Assembly: GCA_964035545.1 (NCBI GenBank)
Contig: OZ037768.1
Location: 23,469,319 to 23,533,318 of the forward strand
From: Bugula neritina
Lineage: Eukaryota > Animalia > Bryozoa
DNA length: 64,000 nucleotides
Direction: 5' to 3'
Part shown: in pieces, positions 1 to 12,600 of the stretch
How positions within the stretch are numbered: position 1 is the stretch's first letter
Layout of the letters: each line of letters begins with the position of its first letter
Position numbers and translations under genes: made by a program
Notes under the pieces: model-generated
Told to the model about the DNA's origin: nothing
What the model saw: the letters and a program-made list of their open reading frames with translations, nothing else
The model's database searches: none

Positions 1-756
1 AATAAAGTCACTTGTTATAATGTACTGACTACCAGTTCCCTCAAAGTACAAAGCATTAAATTTGCTCATGAAGTATATAGGCCAGGGTATTTGTACAATG
101 AAAAATAAAGAGAGATATGGAGAATTGTATCTTATACAACAGTCACGTCTGAGCCGGTTATTTCCTTTTAAGTTGTAAGTCAAGCAGGTGCTCTAGGTAA
201 CCTATGAAGGCCGTTCCACTAATGGGATTACACGTAGATACAACCTCCGTGTGGGACCCAATTATTTCCTGTTCCGGGAATATTTTTGTCAATTTCAATT
301 CAGTATTTTCAACAATTATAATTAATCAGTTTGATTCATAGAACTGGAAGAATTTTTTGATAATAAAAAGAATAAGTCCGCCTTGCGCCATATTTTCGGT
401 GAAGAAATGTCAACATGACAGTCAAGAGGCAAATACTTGCCTAAAAAAGGATGTAAAGTGAATTCACTGTAACTACTTCTATTGTCATCAGGTTAAGTCA
501 CTGTAACTATGTATATTATATAGTTTCACTGTAGCTGAAATATAAATTTCAGAAGGTTTTCCAGATTTTCACTGTAGAACTTTAAAATATTTAAAGAATC
601 AACTGATATAAGAGTTTGGGAAAATCAATGATTTCAAGTCATGTTATTATAAGAAGTAATTGCAAAACATAAAATGAGAAGCAAACTAGAACTAGCATAC
701 TAAAGGAATTCACTGTAGCTGTAGTATTTGAGGAGTTCACTGTAGCTAAAACCCAC

Positions 757-3700
757 CTGGAGGATTGAGTAGTTCTTCGTAGAGCTTCTGATTGGCTTTC
801 CTTGACTGCCACAACATCTTCACCTTATCAACCAGTTCATACTTCTCCTTGCAGCCTTTATAGTCGACTAAGTTACGTACTAGAATAGTCTTCAGCTGTT
901 TCACTGAGAGGCTCTCCAATTCGCTGTCGGAGTCGAAATCCGTGACGGAAATCTTACTGGGGTCGGGAGTCTGAAATACATAATATATGTCAGAACACCA
1001 CAACTCCAAGTCACCGAATATTACAAAACTGATACAATACAACATAACAGCCATTGAAACTCTCCACGATATTACTTGCATACAACATTAATTGAACAAA
1101 ACATCTCAACATAAGTCAATATTCTATGAACATTTACAAGAAAGCATTTGCTTTTAGTGAAGCGTTTCCATAAAGACATTGTGATGTCATGATGTAGACT
1201 CAGTACCAGTTTAGATTCAGAGTCTGCGGTTCGAGAGAGTATAGAGGCCTCCCGACTTTGGTCCCCGGATGTGAGTACAGGATGGTCAGCTCGTGAGTCG
1301 ATCACTGGAGGGTGGTCAGGTGAGTCGGCAGGGTGAACTCTCTGATTCGACTACAACACCAAACATATGCTGTTCTTAGACTATATTCTCTCAACAGGGT
1401 AGAAGGAATGGCAGGGTGTATGTGAAGGACAGGGTAGAAGGACAGGGTTCATATGAAGGGGAGGGTAGAAGGACATGGTTTATATGAGAGAAAAAGTAAA
1501 TCTACTCCAACAATGAACTATGATATGATATAACCAATTTTAGTTCTGGTGTATTTCGGTCATGAAAATCTCCTGGAGTCTGCAATGTTTCTGATTAAAA
1601 GACCTGTTAGGTAGTCACCATAACTATCTAACTTTTCACTACTAACCCTCTTTCCCCACCTCAACATAATTTTGTATTGAGAACATTATGTACAGTTTAA
1701 ACGTAGCACCAAAATTAATTACAAATTATTTTATGATGAATTACTATATCAATTTGAATATTACAGAAATAAAACCATGTAAATATTAAAGTCACAGCAC
1801 CAGAAATTAAATGTTTTCCTATCTTTTGTGAGAGTTGACTGAGTTCACTTCTAACCAGAGCAACCTGAAGACATCCTCTGAAAAGAAGTTATACAGGATT
1901 CTAAATCCCCATTCAGTAATTCTCTCACAGTTTGAGATTTACTACTCTGAACAACATAGTGTGCACAGCAAAACATACTTCAATGTAGGAATATCTAGCA
2001 AAGGCAAAATTTAATCCCGGAAATAGTAGCTGCAGGAAAGTTGGAACGGTTATCGCCCCCCTCGCCTACATACCTGAAAGTCACAACCAAAGCAACACCA
2101 CATCATGTGATAGCCGCATGGCGGGTAAAGTTAGAGACTAATATCCACAGAAAGAGTGGACAGAGCAGTTGAGTTGAGGGTTGTGTTTGAGATAATACTA
2201 GTATAGTATAAACTACTACTAATACCGCATCAGCTATAACGTAGCCCAAATATGCAGTCACAATATAGTCCAAGTATATATGAAGCGACAATGTAGTCTG
2301 AGTATATATGCAGCTACAATATAGTCCAAGTATAGAGCCCTGTGTGACAACAGCGTACAGTAAAGCCGGAGTAGAACACAGTATACTGTAACTAGAGAGT
2401 TGATAGTAGCAGTAGTAACCCTGCGCAAGGCGAGCAAGGCAAACGTTTACATGCAGCCTATAGAAACCAATCAACAAAACTTTAAATGAATAATACATGA
2501 GAGTAAAACTCTATTGTTTGAGGGACACTGGCAGAGCCTCCTCATCGCGCCTGTTGACACTAGCGTAAAACTTAGGTTATGAATATAAAAGCAAACTAAT
2601 GATTATAATCTATACGTAGAGGTAACATTACGGTTCAATTACTTTGTCAATAATCAATGAATAGCGACATGTTATCTATATGTTCATAATATGGTGAGGG
2701 TGTTAGTAAGTCTAATTGAATTTACCTTCTACTGTTACAAGCTGTACAACAACTCTACATGCATACATAATTCACGAGGCAATATTTTAACAAGTACTCA
2801 ATAAAGCCAACAACCGTGTTATGATTAAATCTAGGTAGAGATAAAATAACTTTAACAATGCTGAGATGAAATTGTGAATTATGGCTTTAAACTGGAAATG
2901 GTCTGACATTGCCAAGTTTTAAAGTATCTGACTATATTAGTGTGTGAGTCATTTAGTAAGGTATATTCAGTAGGTAGAGCAATTTATTCTCAAGTATCAC
3001 AAAATGAAAAATTTTCAATAGAAAGGCAATTTCTTCATCCATTTCATCACTAGTTATTTACTATCACTTGGTAGAGTTTGCTGGAGCTTATGAGGATAGA
3101 GTCATGAAACATATCGGGGGCACAACTTCTATATTCTTGTGCATGTGCGTGAATATCACAGTGTTACATGGCAATACATGGTATTGTTACATAACATTAA
3201 ATATAATATTGTGGTACAAAGCAACCATTTCAATATAATGTTAGTTTTATAAATCCTGTTCTTCAAAAATTGAGGTTTATTAAAGAAAGATTTGCATTTT
3301 TTACATTAACTTGTAGTAATTTTTAAAATATGAAATGAAGGATTATATCTTGTACATTTATCATTACACTACATTTACCAGTAGGTAACTCTGTTAACTC
3401 GGCACACCAGAGAACATTAAGGGCTACAGGAAATAGGGGTGGACATAACTCATGCGGAACCACTTATATAGCTGTTAGATGACAGCTAATGGGTGATAAA
3501 TAGTTCATAACTGTAGAGGGGGAAGCATTATTTTCCTGGTAATAAATTGGCTTACCAACAATCATACGAGTTTTTATAAAACCAGGTGATGTGTTTACAC
3601 CTTCATGATTTTTAGCTAAAGTTCAATTAGACCAAGAAAGTTGTCTTACAGTATAGAAGCAACTCGGACAAAATTATTGTCCCGATTGACAAATTTTCAG

Positions 3701-6700
3701 CATACAGTCAACTGGAACATGGAATTTTCCTTTAGCCTAGGATATTCAACTATATCAATAACTTTTTTAAAGGGTTTTGAACAAACTGGTGGTGTAAAGG
3801 CTGGACTCTGCATGGGGGAATTGAAACCAAAGCAAACCATTTGAGCACCTGGTGATTGGCTGGACAATGCAGTTTCGTCCAATCACAGAACAGCTTGCAA
3901 AGTGCTGCAGAAGTCTCACTATAGTACTGCTTGGCAAGACTAAACAACTTTTAACAAACAAAATTGTTTTAAAACTTGTTCATCTTGCTTGGTTTACTGG
4001 TCCTTCTCAACCTTCAAAAACTGAGTACAAGTAACATAGACCAAGTCTGACTCTGAGTACAAATAACATAGACCAAGTCTGACTCTGAGTACAAGTAACA
4101 TAGACCAAGTCTGACTCTAACTCACTCTAAGTTCCTCCACCCTCTGTCTCTCCTGTTCCAGTGCGGCGAAGTGGGTTCTGCCTCCGTAGTTTTCAAGTAT
4201 GAGATCAACGAGATCCGCCTTCTCCAAGCATCTCTCCACTTCCGGTATGTCCCGACGTATCAGGAAGGCCTTCAAGTGCTTCACCTAAATCAGACAACAT
4301 CCTTTACTCTCTACTCGAACACACAGCAAACTGGTATCAACACAACACGGCCATTTGAAATGTGTAGCCAAACATGAGGGAAAACAGATTACTTTTGTGT
4401 TTGGTTGATTGAAATGTATTCCATTCACTGCACAAAATTAATTACTTTTCAATATTTACAAACTAGCAGAAGGATATTTATTCAGCAGGACAAAAGCTGA
4501 AACAAGGAATTGGTGAAGGAGAAGTTGAGTTGTGATTCAACTCTGAATAAATCAACTCAATGCCAGATAATCTGAGGTAATCTTTCAACTTTGTCACTTT
4601 GACAAACAAAACTGTTTTGAGACAGAAAAGGAGAAAAGCAAAGAAAGCTAACACCATCTTCTACTTTTACCTGATGTGTGAAACAATTGGTTTCTATTAT
4701 TATCAACTTAACCAATTTAGTCGTCAGTGATGCTCAAAAGAACACAACTTTAAAATAATACACTAAACCACACAACATTGTCTTGCTCAATTTCACTACC
4801 TCAGCTTTGCAGTATAATCTATTAATTTCATTGACTTGAGACACATAGCAAAACTTTACTTAATTTTAGTTGTTTTTCACTACCAGAGCATTTTGTTTAT
4901 AGAAAATCTTAAAAAAAACTATTTTCAAAAAAATTTTCAATTACAGAATTTTCAAGACGACAATCATCAGGAGGAAACAGACAGACAGAGCGGGTTTCAT
5001 ACTTTCAGCTGGGTGAGCTGCGGCTTGGTTGGATCTGGAGACGTGAGGATGAAGCAGTTGTGGCAGCAGCCAGCAAGTATGTTCTTAGCCTTGCTGAGCA
5101 GCTCTCTGTTGGCAGCGGACATAGTCTGAGAGAACGCAGCCGTACGGTAAGTGTGGGGGGAGGTCTGCACCCCCAAACATGATATACACATCAGTTTCTG
5201 ACACTCCAAACACAGTCGCTAGAAAATACAAACCAGATAGGTTGACATAATAGTAGTTTTAGAAATGGTAAAAAAGTTGCCTTCGTCATAAAACAATATT
5301 TATACAAACTACTGAAATACTTTACGGGAAGTGTACTGTGAAAAATAAAATTATAATAAAAATGTAGTTTCATGATACAAATTTGTACCAGAGGCATTTT
5401 AGTCCCATTGATTATAATATAGCAGTTGAGCAAAGTAATAGCATGATGATGGATATTGATAGAACTTTTAACTAAGGTAGTCAGAAATGATTTTCATGGA
5501 GTTTGAAACACGACCCAACCCACATTAGAGACGTGCCTGTTGGGCCTGTCGTAAGTTCAGATGGTAAACATACTATTATCAGGATATGCGGCAATAGGTG
5601 TATTCAATGTAATTAAAGTTTACGCAACAACTTCCTTGTAGCAGTGCCAATTATACTGTATATCTATTATATCGTAAATATTTCAACTCAAAACTAGTAT
5701 TATAGAACTGAGTAATCAATAAACCCATCAATACAGGATATTATCTGCATTTTGACTTAAAAATCAGCTAACCTTACCATAACTGCGCATTGCCGATTTA
5801 ACCGAGGAGAAATTCGAAATATTTTCAACTAAATGCAAATGTCCACAGTATACTTTTTCTGACTTAAATTTCGAACTACAAACTAGTGAAAAAAGAATGA
5901 ATGGCCATCTTTTATTATTTCTTTAATAATGACTTTGGTTAAATAATCTTCATCAAAACATTTTAGAAACAGAAGTATGAAGCAGTCATAAATCAAGTCA
6001 TAGGGTTTGGACTCAAACGCTTCACATGTCTACTTTCATGGAGCAGACATAGCTGCTTGTAGACTGAGTTCAAGGTGGGGGGGTGAACGGCTCTCCCACC
6101 CACTACACCGGAGCAGGTCAGATTTATGGCAATTTGTTTTTTAAGACCAGAAAAAAAAATTCTCAGGATTACAGCAAAACAACTCTGAAACTTTTGAATG
6201 AAAACCGGTTTTCTGTTCGTATGTGTTCTATGAATTAACGATTGGTACAGTGGGAAGGGGTTTGGACAACGTGCTACGTCAGCTAAGGTAGGGCATTGGT
6301 GATGTCAGGAAAGGCAGACGGCCACAGAGGCTCCTGCATTACTCCAACTCCTTAAATCAACACGGTATTGGGCAAAAAGATCCTATACGTTTACAGCTCT
6401 AATGGCAGAGAGTGAAAGCCATTCAAGCGTACAAGGAAGTAAATCTTATAAAGACTATTTGTTTTTCTTTTCTAGTTGCTAAGATTGTAACTTGCATGTT
6501 GCTAGATTTCTGTGACATACAAATTTTAAGTCAATACTATTTGAAAGTCTCCATATACACAAATACAAATATAAAGCAATATTTCAACACAATCCAGTAG
6601 CAAAACAAATGTACATGTTCACTCACTCTATCTTTTCTAGAAAGGGGACTGAATTTGAACTGACACTCGTGGCATCTGTTGAGAGGTGAGGCAGCAGAGT

Positions 6701-6713
6701 TATTGGCACCCAT
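757..6713 (-). CDS. RNF34: E3 ubiquitin ligase RNF34/RFFL (CARP family)-like; FYVE-like zinc finger plus two SAP-like domains; 3' partial (RING exon expected beyond window start)
   Basis: Phase-consistent GT-AG exons 6713-6627, 5218-5003, 4284-4126, 1350-1207, 970-757. Translation MGANNS..CHECQFKFSPLSRKDR|RLCLECQKLMCISC...CCHNCFIL..PQLTQLK|VKHLKAFLIRRDIPEVERCLEKADLVDLIL...LSVKQLKTILVRNLVDYKGCKEKYELVDKVKMLW matches recalled RNF34/RFFL motifs (LKVKDLRQYL..CREKEDLVDLVL; L.VRQLKEIL.RNFV.Y.GC.EKWEL). The last visible exon ends CCAG|gtgggt at 757. Confidence 0.88.
4021..4116. repeat. 32-bp tandem repeat x3 beside the donor of RNF34 exon 3
   Basis: CTGAGTACAAGTAACATAGACCAAGTCTGACT at 4021, 4053 and 4085; exon boundary at 4126. 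Confidence 0.9.
6240..6350 (+). mobile_element. Decayed SINE-like repeat (copy 1)
   Basis: CATTGGTGATGTCAGGAAAGGCAGACGGCCACAG resembles 25244 CATTGGGGTTTCAGGAACGGCATCCAGTCACAG and the GTCAGGAAGGGCATCCGGCC core of widespread metazoan tRNA-SINEs; A-box-like TGGTACAGTGG upstream. Confidence 0.4.
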
Positions 6714-7539
6714 TCTGACAGCAGTCAGGGTATAGTAGCAGCAGTGTTGTTAGAGTCAGCGTATAGTAGCAGATGATATTCTCATAACCACTTGATCAAT
6801 GATAGAAGCTACAAGAAAAGAAATACCAAATCCAGAGAATAAATAACCGTCTCCTCGTTAAATTCAAGCTACAAAAATTAGAAGTCACAAATGGCACGAT
6901 ATACTTTCAGCAAATATTACTCTAACCTCTAAAAATTTTAGGCAGCTATTACAAGTATTAATGAGCTTGAAAACGAATTTAGTAACTGAAAGAATACTGA
7001 AATTAGACAGTTTCAGGAATAAGAAATCAAGTTTCGTAGACAAAGTAAAATACTACAAATGCCAAAATTATTGGCTAATCATAAAGACAGTGCTATTTTA
7101 AAACACTAACCAAGCCAGATTAACTTTGCTAAAGTGACAAAGACAGTAAAAGTGCAAATTGAAAGGCCACGATTTTCTACCATTAGACACCTTTAATATC
7201 CATAACAAAACTTAAACTTACTTTACCTAGAATAAAATCATGTAATCATATAATCATATAATTCCAATTATATAAGAAAGTAAAAACCTTTCATAAATAT
7301 TTAATGTAGAAGTAAATAAAACCGTTAGACACTTTGACTTTGGCATTGCATAGAATATTTTTCAGTGCACAAAATATCATGATGGCCAGAGTGAGTACGT
7401 TTCAAGCTTTTTATTTAATTTAATTTTTTGAGCCTAAACCCAAAATAAGTCTAAGAATTTATATCTACTAAATTTCATATAACATATTTTGAAATAATAC
7501 CCATACTTGAAAGCCCATAACCATTAATCAACAATCATT

Positions 7540-8365
7540 GCAAAGTCTTAGTCTAGTGCAAAATTAAAATTCACAGTCATAACTGTGAGCATGAGTATCA
7601 CTATGACACTCAGCACATGTATTACACTTAATACTTGATACTACAGATAGTGATATTAATGAATAATAGTTTTACTCCTCACTGATATTTTTCATTATTT
7701 GGCTTTATTTTCAGTTGCAGTGAAATTCAAATTACTTTTTATAGTCTCGCAGTAATATAACACTTAGTCTTATACTCATAGCAAACCACAGTGATAAAAA
7801 TCATACTGATTTCCATAATCAAACTGAATACTGAATTAAATGCCAATCATATGCCAATGCATGTTAACAGTCATACTCGGTTTATAATGATAAGTAGTAA
7901 TGATAGTCTTAGTTAGTGCTGCATCCATACTCATGCTCATTTTGATACTGATACTCTATTAATACCTAGTCAGTCTACAATAACAATTACAAAATCAAAC
8001 TCGAATAGCAAATTTAAAAGAAAAATAATTCTAGTCTCATAGTTAATGAGAATACTGAAATACTGAAAGTGAAAAGACCCATAGACTTGCTCTTAGTCTT
8101 AGATTTAGAGTGATACTAGAAAAATTAATACTCACAATAGCAACAACTTATTATCATTATCATAATTACACTTACAGTTACAGTTATATTCTGATTCATA
8201 TCTAAATTTTTATACTCATACTGATAATTATTATTATGATCATTAGGATTATCATAACCATCATGATCAGGCATCAAGTATAATAATAATTACTAATAAT
8301 AGTCTAATACGTTACTAATACTAATAGTAATACTAATACTAATACTAATACTAATAGTAATAGGT
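7540..8365. repeat. Decayed hexamer-periodic low-complexity tract (ACTAAT/ACTCAT/ACTGAT) in the RNF34 5' UTR intron
   Basis: Recurrent ATACTN motifs, becoming a near-pure (ACTAAT)n at 8313-8361. Confidence 0.6.
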
Positions 8366-9659
8366 ATTGATTACATTTACTTTTGTTCTTTTGAGATGTC
8401 GATTACCGTTGAGGCTTACCTTTAGCTTTCTTAAAAATAAATGCGTTCAGTTTCAAATCCCGTGACAGTTGGTGTTGCAACCTAAAGTAGAAGTTAAACT
8501 TTACTTTTAAAGTTTTATTAACAATGATATTTTACTTCCCTTTGGTTGAAATCAACAAAAAAGTGTAATACTAATTTGCGAGTCTTTTGTTGGTTATTAG
8601 TACTACTGTTAGTGTAGAGCAAAGTTGGATTTCATTTAAAAATTGATAGTAATGTTAATAATAGTACTGCTGTAGTAGTTGTTGTATTTGTAGTGACAGT
8701 GTTGTGTCTTAACTACGTGCAATTACGGAAAATGTTTCCAATTAATCACGTTACCTAAATGAACAGAAATTCGACTCGGCACATCACCACCACATGAGTG
8801 ATTGCACATGATATACCTATTATTACGCGGCACTGATACGGGTGTTACTTTTAGAATGTTGTGTTCCATTTCAGTAAAATAGACAATTTAGTGTGGTTCT
8901 AAGGCGTCACTTTATACGCGATAAATTATTGTTGTTTAAATTTGCGTTGGAAATTCCCATATTGCAACTGGTGGTGGCGGTTTTTGTGCGACTTTTTCTC
9001 ATGAATTATACAAATGCCACTTTTATTAAATCAGGTTTTCAAGTTTTTTCAAATTAGACTTATATTCTAAAAGTGTGTCTAGACAAAATCTTTAAAATTT
9101 GAAACCACTTCTATAATTCAATCAGTGTGTAAATCACTACTGTTTGCGATCTATCCATTAACCTTGTTGATTCATTACTAAAAGTTACATTTAACAAATT
9201 TGCACATATGTTACCTTTTGGTAGTGTAAGAAATAAGTGTTTAGACCATTTTCAAATAAAATGTTTGCAGGCAAGTGTGTCAAAATCAATGTAGACTTCA
9301 AGATAGAAAGAAGAGCTCTATAACTGCACAAGTCTATCAGTCAGGGAATCACATTTTAGCAAGGCAAATAAATTCACAGAAATACTAGTAAAATAAATTT
9401 ATTACATTTTAATATTGAAGGTTATTTTCAATTTAAACATTAAAAGATTGTCCACGGTTCAACATCAACCCTGTCAACAAGCCTGAAAATATTATGATTT
9501 GAACTGCATCACATATCACACGAGTGCTTCAACAAAAAACAAACATATAAAATAAAATGACATTATATCTAGTAGAACCGTAAGAAAACATGCTTGCAAA
9601 AGCAAATTATATTTACAAGACATTATAGAACTCAGTCTATAGAATAAGAAATTCGCAGG

Positions 9660-12600
9660 CTATACAATAGACTCATCATTATCTAGCAATTTCAGCACTT
9701 GTTCCAGTTTTAGGTTAGCTTCTTCAAAGGAAGGAAACTTCCCAATAGATCTCCTGGCCGTTTCATATGGCTTTTGGTAATGTGCCAGGGAGTCGGGCAG
9801 CGTGCTGTAATCTTCATGAGTTGATCTCCTCAGCTCCTCTTCATACGACCCGTCAAAGTACTGATTAGACATGGCGCTCTTCACTCCTTCGTCATCCAAA
9901 ACTGCGAAACTGTGAACGCTGCTAGAGTCGCTATCGATAGAGGACGACTCCTGGAGCAGACGTTTGGCCGAAAGTTTTATAGAGCCGGAGAGAACGCGTC
10001 TGTGTCTCATGGCTACTGGAGAAGCAGACGTGCTGCTGCATGCACTTTCAGATTTGCCAGTTTCCAGAGAGTAGACGCCATTTGTTATTATGCTAGTATC
10101 ATTTTCTAGTGAGAAGGAGTTGTCTGCCCTGTCAGCTGTTGCATCAGTAACAGGTAGTTTACTTGTAGGCTGAGTGGATGGAAAGACGGTTATTTTGATT
10201 TCCGGGAAAGCTACAGGCTGGTCGACATCACGTAGAGAAGTGTCAATCATTTCTTCAGTGCAGTCAGCACCAGTACTAACAGTGATAGTATTAGTATCAC
10301 TAGCAGTTTCAGTACCAGCACTAACAGTGGTAGTCGTAGTATCACTAGCAGTAGCAGTATTAGTATCATCAGCAGTGGTAGTATTAGTATCACTAACAGT
10401 AGTATCACTAGCAGTATTGTTACTAGCAGTATTGTTACTAGTACTACTACTAGCAGTAGTATTGTTGGTAGTGGTAGAACTAGGGCTAATAGTTGTAGTC
10501 GAGGCGCACACGGTGGCACTCGGTGAGATCAATGGAGTTAATTTCCTGTTACTTTTGGTTTCAGATCTGACTGGTGGGAATGAGATTATAATTTCAGCTT
10601 CTTGCTTATAGTCTATATTATTATTTTTAGTAGCCTTAGATTGATCACAAGGTGGCGGGGTGGGGCTTTCAGAGCCCACACCCGACTCACGAGTTCCGAG
10701 AGCTTTGCAAGCTTCTTTTTCTCGCCGGCTCTTGTGTATGTCTTCACTTATTGCCTCCAGGTTGCTAAGAGCTTTAGAGTAAAGGCTTTTAGTTGAATTG
10801 ATGTCACTCTGAAGTTTTTCAATAACCTGCTTTTGATTCTCTAAACTCGTGTGGAAGTTTGCCTTCATCTCATAATAAGGCCTACAATATAAAAATAATA
10901 TCAGTGGCAATAAGTTGGAATTGTCTGATCGAAAGCTTTACATAAAAAGTGAATAGCTTTCAAATGACAAAATAATTCATATTTATAGGTTTGTTTTTTA
11001 GACAAGCAGATAAATATTGACTGTGATTGTCAGTAATAACTAAAATATTGCTAAAATTTATTGAAATTATAAAAAGTGGTGGATCCAACACCCCCTGTAC
11101 AAATAACTTAGTAACACAGCGTGGGTCAGCCCCTGTTCACATTCACCATCAGCTACTGGAAGTGGTGTCGCTGTAATATTCATCTACCTGGGAAGGGAGC
11201 TAAACTCAGCTCCCCCTAACCACTAACCAGGAAATACTAAGGCTATCTACTACTTCACAATGCTAAGAAAGTGATAAGGGGGACAACCCTTTCCCAGACT
11301 AGTTGCATGAGTAGCTGTATCATAGACTCGGAGTACATACTTGGATTTGGAAATGGACCTTTTATGGTTCATATACTGAGTATTCACTTCCTGTTGTATG
11401 TCTGCATAGAGTTTGGCTGTCCTCTGATTCTCCCCCTCACTTATAACTCTCTCCCTCTCTGCATCCATCACCTACACATGTGTGAAATACTCTGTAGTAT
11501 TATATTATATACCAATGTATAACCTTAACAATAAATTATTGCGTTCAACTGTACAAAATACAGTTGATTGTGTAAAAAAATACCAGGGTAATATAAAAGC
11601 CTGCTGTGAAAAAACATGGCCATTTTACATCTTCGTCTTTTTATAATTTTTTTGCAAAATTCATTTAAATAATCATTTTTTTTCAAAACTGAGAAGCTTT
11701 GGTTAGCTCAGTCATTAGAAAATTATGTATCGAATAGCACGTGTGTATTTCTGCATAAAACTAGTGGCAGGTCTAATTTACCAAGCAAAACATCTTATGA
11801 CAGTATGTCTCAATAAGCATATATTCAAGAGAAGGGTCTCAATGTCATACATACATTAAGGCATTAAGGTGTGCTATTATGACTGAACAAAAACAATTTA
11901 GTTTGGGAGTTGTCAGTCTTTTTTAAACTAGCACAACTCTAAATGCTACAATGGCTGCTGAAGGACTCTAAAAATTCACAATTTAGTATATTTTTGAGCC
12001 TAATCTAAAGATGTATAATATAATTTTTATAAGAGGGTACCCATAGTAACAGCAAAAGTACTATTCATTCCCATTAAGTACTTTTCCACTAATTTCAAAA
12101 GGTGCTAACTTCTAACACTTGAAGCTGTATGTACTAGATAACAAGACATGAAGATGTGCACGTTGTGTAGTGGTGGGTGTAAGTAGAAGATACTAGTACC
12201 TATTATATGCTGAATATCACCACAACAATAGTCTATCCAGTATTAACAGTTAGTCATAGAGATAGAGAGCAGTAAAACAATCCACTATTGTCTACTCTAG
12301 TAAACACAAGTGCAATTGAGTTAGTCATTCCTTCAACTTGAAATTCAGTTTTCCCAATTTGTTGAGAGAGTTGAATAACTGTGAGTTGAACTGCTGTGAG
12401 TTAAATAACTGTGAATGTAATCCCTGTGAGTTTAAAGTGAAGAAACAGTAGCAAGTAATCCATATAATAGTAATAAATGCCACCAGCATATTCAGGCTGA
12501 GGACATCTTAAATTAAGTGAAAACACTAGCAGAATTAACTACAAAGCAACAATGTCAAATAACTAACCCAGTAATTCTATTTTTAATTTATTTCCCTAAA

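Noticed and set aside
746-756. RNF34 ending at TAG 746 without a RING domain
   Set aside because: A good donor (CAG|gtgggt at 757) precedes the stop; the RING exon most likely lies outside the window.
1979-2550. Possible extra RNF34 exons (about 2073-1979, 2550) and ORF 2103-2498
   Set aside because: Phase-incompatible with the phase-0 intron or containing stops; no family similarity. CAG|GTATGT at 2074 could be a recursive site but is unsupported.
10174-10611. Very hydrophobic Val/Leu-rich ORFs (+ 145 aa and - 90 aa)
   Set aside because: Antisense or alternative-frame shadows of the Thr/Ser repeat in SH3BP5L.
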